A stretch of 64,000 nt of DNA from Eledone cirrhosa (Eukaryota). The stretch covers positions 391,530,001-391,594,000 of the forward strand of contig OZ024741.1 in NCBI GenBank assembly GCA_964016885.1. The letters are read 5' to 3'. The position numbers and the translations under genes are program-made. Of this stretch, positions 61,001-64,000 are shown piece by piece. Within the stretch, counting starts at the first letter, position 1. Every line of letters starts with the position of its first letter. The notes beneath the pieces were generated by a model, which ran no database searches, was not told where the DNA came from, and saw only the letters and a program-made list of their open reading frames with translations.

Positions 61001-61933
61001 TTGACCATGCAGGTCACTAATTTGTGGTCTGAATAGCCAACAATGCGCATTTTTGGACAACTTAAAAAGTCCTTATCCTTAATTCTAACTAAGAACCTAT
61101 CTAGGTACGACCTAGATGATCCGCTACGATTTGCCCAAGTCCAGGTTGGCGCAGTCGGAAAATCTAGTCGATATCTATCGGCCAGGTCAAATCGACCGAT
61201 TAACCCTTTGAGGCTATTACACCCCTCTCTATCGGGGCAGGCCCCTACGTAGTCCCAGCGTGCATCTAGGATACCATTCCAGTCCCCCACTAATAGCAAG
61301 GAGCGGGACGTCCCTAGAAAAGTCTCCAGACGATGGAAGAAGTCCGGCCGCATTGACCCGAAAGGGCCGTAGGCGGCTACCAACCTAAACGCTCCGCCTT
61401 TACCACTGCCAAGGTCCAGAACCACTAGTCGACCCTCCGGGTCCAAATGTACCATCTGTGTTGCGAGACCCAGATGTTTTTGCAGCAGAACGACAACTCC
61501 ACCCCCACCTCCGGGCTGACAGAGAGATGCGTGCATCTCAAAGTCATCAAAGGTGGGGGCCAGCTGTCGCACGTTGCTGATCCGGGCCTCGCAAATAACC
61601 ATCACATCTATACGTTGTGACCTGAGGTCATTTAGAAGCATTGCTTGCTTCCAAGTTGAGCCCAGGCCACGCGCGTTTAAACAGCCTACTCTTAGCATAG
61701 CCATGTTGGTGGTGAAGAGAAAAGGCACTTACCTCTCTGCGTCCCGGGTATCGGGCTGCACAATTTCCATTAGGGTGGGGGATGGGTTGTTGGGTGGGGT
61801 GGTGGTTTGTGGAAGTGTGGGGGCATCAGTGTGTTGTGTGGTTGGGGAGCTTGGAGTTGTGTGGGTGTTTGGGGAGGGGGTGGGATAGTTTTTTAGGAGG
61901 ACGCGGTTAATGGGCCCGACGCAGGGGGGACCC
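58004..61933 (-). mobile_element. L1/Tx1-clade retrotransposon, truncated within ORF1, with intact ORF2 and 3' UTR
   Basis: ORF1 tail (P/T-rich) stops at 61729; AATAAA at ~58011-58016 (-). Confidence 0.93.
58267..61704 (-). CDS. Tx1-type ORF2: AP endonuclease, reverse transcriptase, C-terminal zinc finger
   Basis: LNARGL, GDWN, YLDR, SDHK, KSPGLDG, NFRPITL, DQSKAFD, IRQGCPLS, YADD, CPRC..H..C; uninterrupted; first ATG at 61704. Confidence 0.95.
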   Translation of the reverse strand: MAMLRVGCLNARGLGSTWKQAMLLNDLRSQRIDVMVICEARISNVRQLAPTFDDFEMHASLCQPGGGGGVVVLLQKHLGLATQMVHLDPEGRLVVLDLGSGKGGAFRLVAAYGPFGSMRPDFFHRLETFLGTSRSLLLVGDWNGILDARWDYVGACPDREGCNSLKGLIGRFDLADRYRLDFPTAPTWTWANRSGSSRSYLDRFLVRIKDKDFLSCPKMRIVGYSDHKLVTCMVNLDRTHRQGPGYWKLNLSLPASRAYRNRISTLVKERLTGAIVNSRWWVSLKREIRVVSIEFSKVLAADRNRKERELIDRVEEAIRSGDVARVLASRTALSQFFDAKHEGCVVRSKIRALGNEGTKAVSWARVTEANSGTKSTIRSLRDLDGRAILEPKQMCEAFQRHFARLFGRGGEPVGNVDFGPYLDGLPRLSDREAKSCEEPISAAEIEDVLSQCGKRKSPGLDGLPYELYLAMPDLFPDLLEAVYCNWQQNGRIPCTVTKGVVTLVRKDENKGDEISNFRPITLLNTELQILAKVLAKRLALVVGNLVGDAQTCAIPSRSIHDNLHLMRYIIERVGNEPGFGGALINLDQSKAFDRVDHGYLDAVLAAAGFGPVFRGWITAMHSSRICSRVKVNGYLSEPFKIARSIRQGCPLSSLLYVLTLEPLLRKLELLQGIPLEPGLRKAVSAYADDVTVMVSTASEIEAVGTLLEEYEKFTGAKLNRDKSIGLQLGTWRGRPMPSDSVVGRWTEGPVKLLGVWFGPDLQVEKNWAEVTNRVFALTQKWASCKLSLKGRAEVANTYIASVIYYRLTVVPCPRETLTKMERALFQFLWKRRAPMVRRSICCQHPSKGGLGMPWLMMRKHALRLRHLYVFLTGQPVWASFVRRTFPRLVSLTELQSWVKQRPRKLGAWHTECAQALTALWQADPVISGDSTATFYRGLVRSRCDDALGEALDMEEDELASLFGRTFSPGPMDNFQKSLAWQCYRGALPVRERLYRHGRPGRDPAKKICPRCVCDEETVAHALVHCSGVADLWGYVEQLLSRVGPIRLTTESIVMIKPPPPFKDEAEAVFLCVIAMAKEVVWWTRLKGLRSGTFLSGQQLVRFFRYHFGRRIRMEREVLHPSRFYERWVKVARMARVNGPSLYIRL

Positions 61934-62054
61934 AGATAGATAGATAGATAGAAAGATAGAAAGAAAGAAAGATAGGAAGATAGAAAGAAAGAAAGAAAGA
62001 TATAAAGAAACAAAGAAAGAAAGAGCTTGAGTTGAACAAAGATAGAAAGATAGG

Positions 62055-62086
<32 letters not shown>

Positions 62087-62134
62087 AAGAAAGAAAGAAA
62101 GAAAGAGCTTGAGTTGAACAAAGATAGAAAGATA

Positions 62135-62195
<61 letters not shown>

Positions 62196-62319
62196 GAAGA
62201 AAGAGAGAAAGAAAGAAAGAAAGATAGAAAGAAAGAAAGAAAGAAAGAAAGAGCTTGAGTTGAACAAAGATAGAAAGATAGGAAGAAAGAAAGAAAGAAA
62301 GATAGAAAGATAGAAAGAT

Positions 62320-62398
<79 letters not shown>

Positions 62399-62447
62399 GC
62401 TTGAGTTGAACAAAGATAGAAAGATAGGAAGAAAGAAAGAAGAAAAA

Positions 62448-62499
<52 letters not shown>

Positions 62500-62840
62500 G
62501 CTTGATAGGAAGAAAGAAAGAAAAAAGAAAGAAAGAAAGAAAGAAAGAAAGAGCTTGAGTTGAACAAAGATAGAAAGATAGGAAGAAAGAAAGAAGAAAA
62601 AAGGAAAGAAAGAAAGAAAGAAAGAAAAAAAAAGAAAGAAAGAAAGAAAGAGCTTGAGTTGAACAAAGATAGAAAGATAGGAAGAAAGAAGAAAAAAAGA
62701 AAGAAAGAAAGAGCTTGAGTTGAACAAAGATAGAAAGATAGGAAGAAAGAAAGAAGAAAAAAGTAAGAAAGAAAGAGCTTGAGTTGAACAAAGATCGAAA
62801 GATAGGAAGAAAGATAGAAAGAAAGAAAGAAAGATTGATA
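61934..62840. repeat. Second array of the same compound satellite
   Basis: About 8 cores plus one truncated core at 62498. Confidence 0.95.
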
Positions 62841-64000
62841 TGTTTCTTTTATTTGCCACCAGGGCATCAAAAGTGGGACAAGTACAATGGGGGGAGTTTA
62901 CAAAACAAGGCGTCCTCAATAAGGAGGAGGCAATAACAATATATAAAAATAAAATAAAATATAACAAAAAATATAATTTATAACAAAGTCCTCAATAGAG
63001 AGGAGGCGCCTTGGGGGGTCGCACACACCCCCGAAAAAAGTGTGCAACCCTTCTCCTCAGGAGCACAGAGAAGGGGTGCTCCCTTGGTCTTTCATCTTCC
63101 TCACCTATAGTCTGATGTAGAGTGAAGGCCCATTCACACGGGCCATTCTCGCCACTTTCACCCATCTTTCATAGAAACGGCTGGGGTGCAGCACCTCTCT
63201 CTCCATCCTGATCCTTCTTCCGAAATGATATCGGAAGAAACGGACCAGTTGTTGGCCAGAGAGAAAGGTGTCTGACCTCAGTCCTTTCAGACGCGTCCAC
63301 CATACAACCTCTTTCGCCATGGCTATTACGCACAGAAACACCGCCTCTCCTTCGTTTTTGAAGAGGGGAGGCGGCTTGATCGTTACAATAGACTCGGTGG
63401 TCAACCGGATCGGTCCCACCCTTGACAGCAGTTGTTCGACATAGCCCCACAGATCGGCAATGCCCGAGCAGTGTACCAATGCGTGTGCAACGGTTTCCTC
63501 GTCGCACACGCATCTGGGACAGATCTTTTTCGATGGGTCCCTACCCCGGCGCCCGTGTCTGTAGAGCCTTTCTCGAGCGGGCAGAGCCCTTCTGTAGCAT
63601 TGCCAGGCCAGGGACCTCTGGAAGTTATCCATGGGTCCCGGGCTGAATGTCCTACCGAACAGGTTGGCCAGTTCGTCTTCCTCCATGCCTAGGGCTTCTC
63701 CGAGAGCGTCGCCGCACCTACTAACCACCAGCCCTCTATAGAATGACGAGGTGGATTCTCCACTGACACCCGGGTCCGCCTGCCAGAGAGCCGTGAGCGC
63801 CTGGGCACACTCGGTGTGCCAGGCGCCCAGTTTTCTCGGTCTTTGCTTGACCTAGGATTGCAGCTCGGTGAGTGAGACGAGTCTGGGAAAGGCTCGCCTC
63901 ACAAACGGGGCCCACACCGGTTGACCGGAGAGGAATACCTGAAGGTGCCGTAGCCTTAATGCGTCTTTACGTATCATTAGCCACGGCATCCCCAGCCCTC
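62841..64000 (-). mobile_element. 3' part of a second Tx1 copy, runs off window end
   Basis: Paralog of 58004-59165; in-frame stop at ~63852-63854. Confidence 0.93.

Noticed and set aside
57124-62840. CRISPR-like array (constant ~34-bp core with variable gaps)
   Set aside because: Gaps are GAAA runs rather than unique spacers; no cas genes; eukaryotic context
56972-62967. Long F/L/S-rich ORFs (up to 412 aa)
   Set aside because: Stop-free reading of the (TTTC)n satellite

Overview
AT-rich, microsatellite-saturated animal DNA. The SINE and retroelement repertoire resembles octopus/cephalopod genomes (inference). No host gene, rRNA or CRISPR array is supported. The window is a nested stack of mobile elements: Dong/R4-type RLE non-LTR elements, RTE elements with a non-autonomous derivative, L1/Tx1 elements (one intact 1153-aa ORF2), many Penelope-like elements (PLEs, mostly Naiad-like RT + GIY-YIG), about 10 tRNA-derived SINEs, non-autonomous Helitron-like elements with a minisatellite, a decayed hATm-like transposase and a MITE. 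Features not visible in the ORF track: more than 15 intact or decayed minimal hammerhead ribozyme motifs, often in fold-back insertions whose turning point lies in or next to the ribozyme; a candidate HDV-like ribozyme in an RTE 5' leader; a covarying 7-bp loop-loop pairing in the Dong/R4 leader; Tx1 copies each followed by a ~0.9-kb compound satellite; and a SINE 3' tail resembling the Tx1 3' end. All alignments and folds were done by eye and boundaries are approximate.
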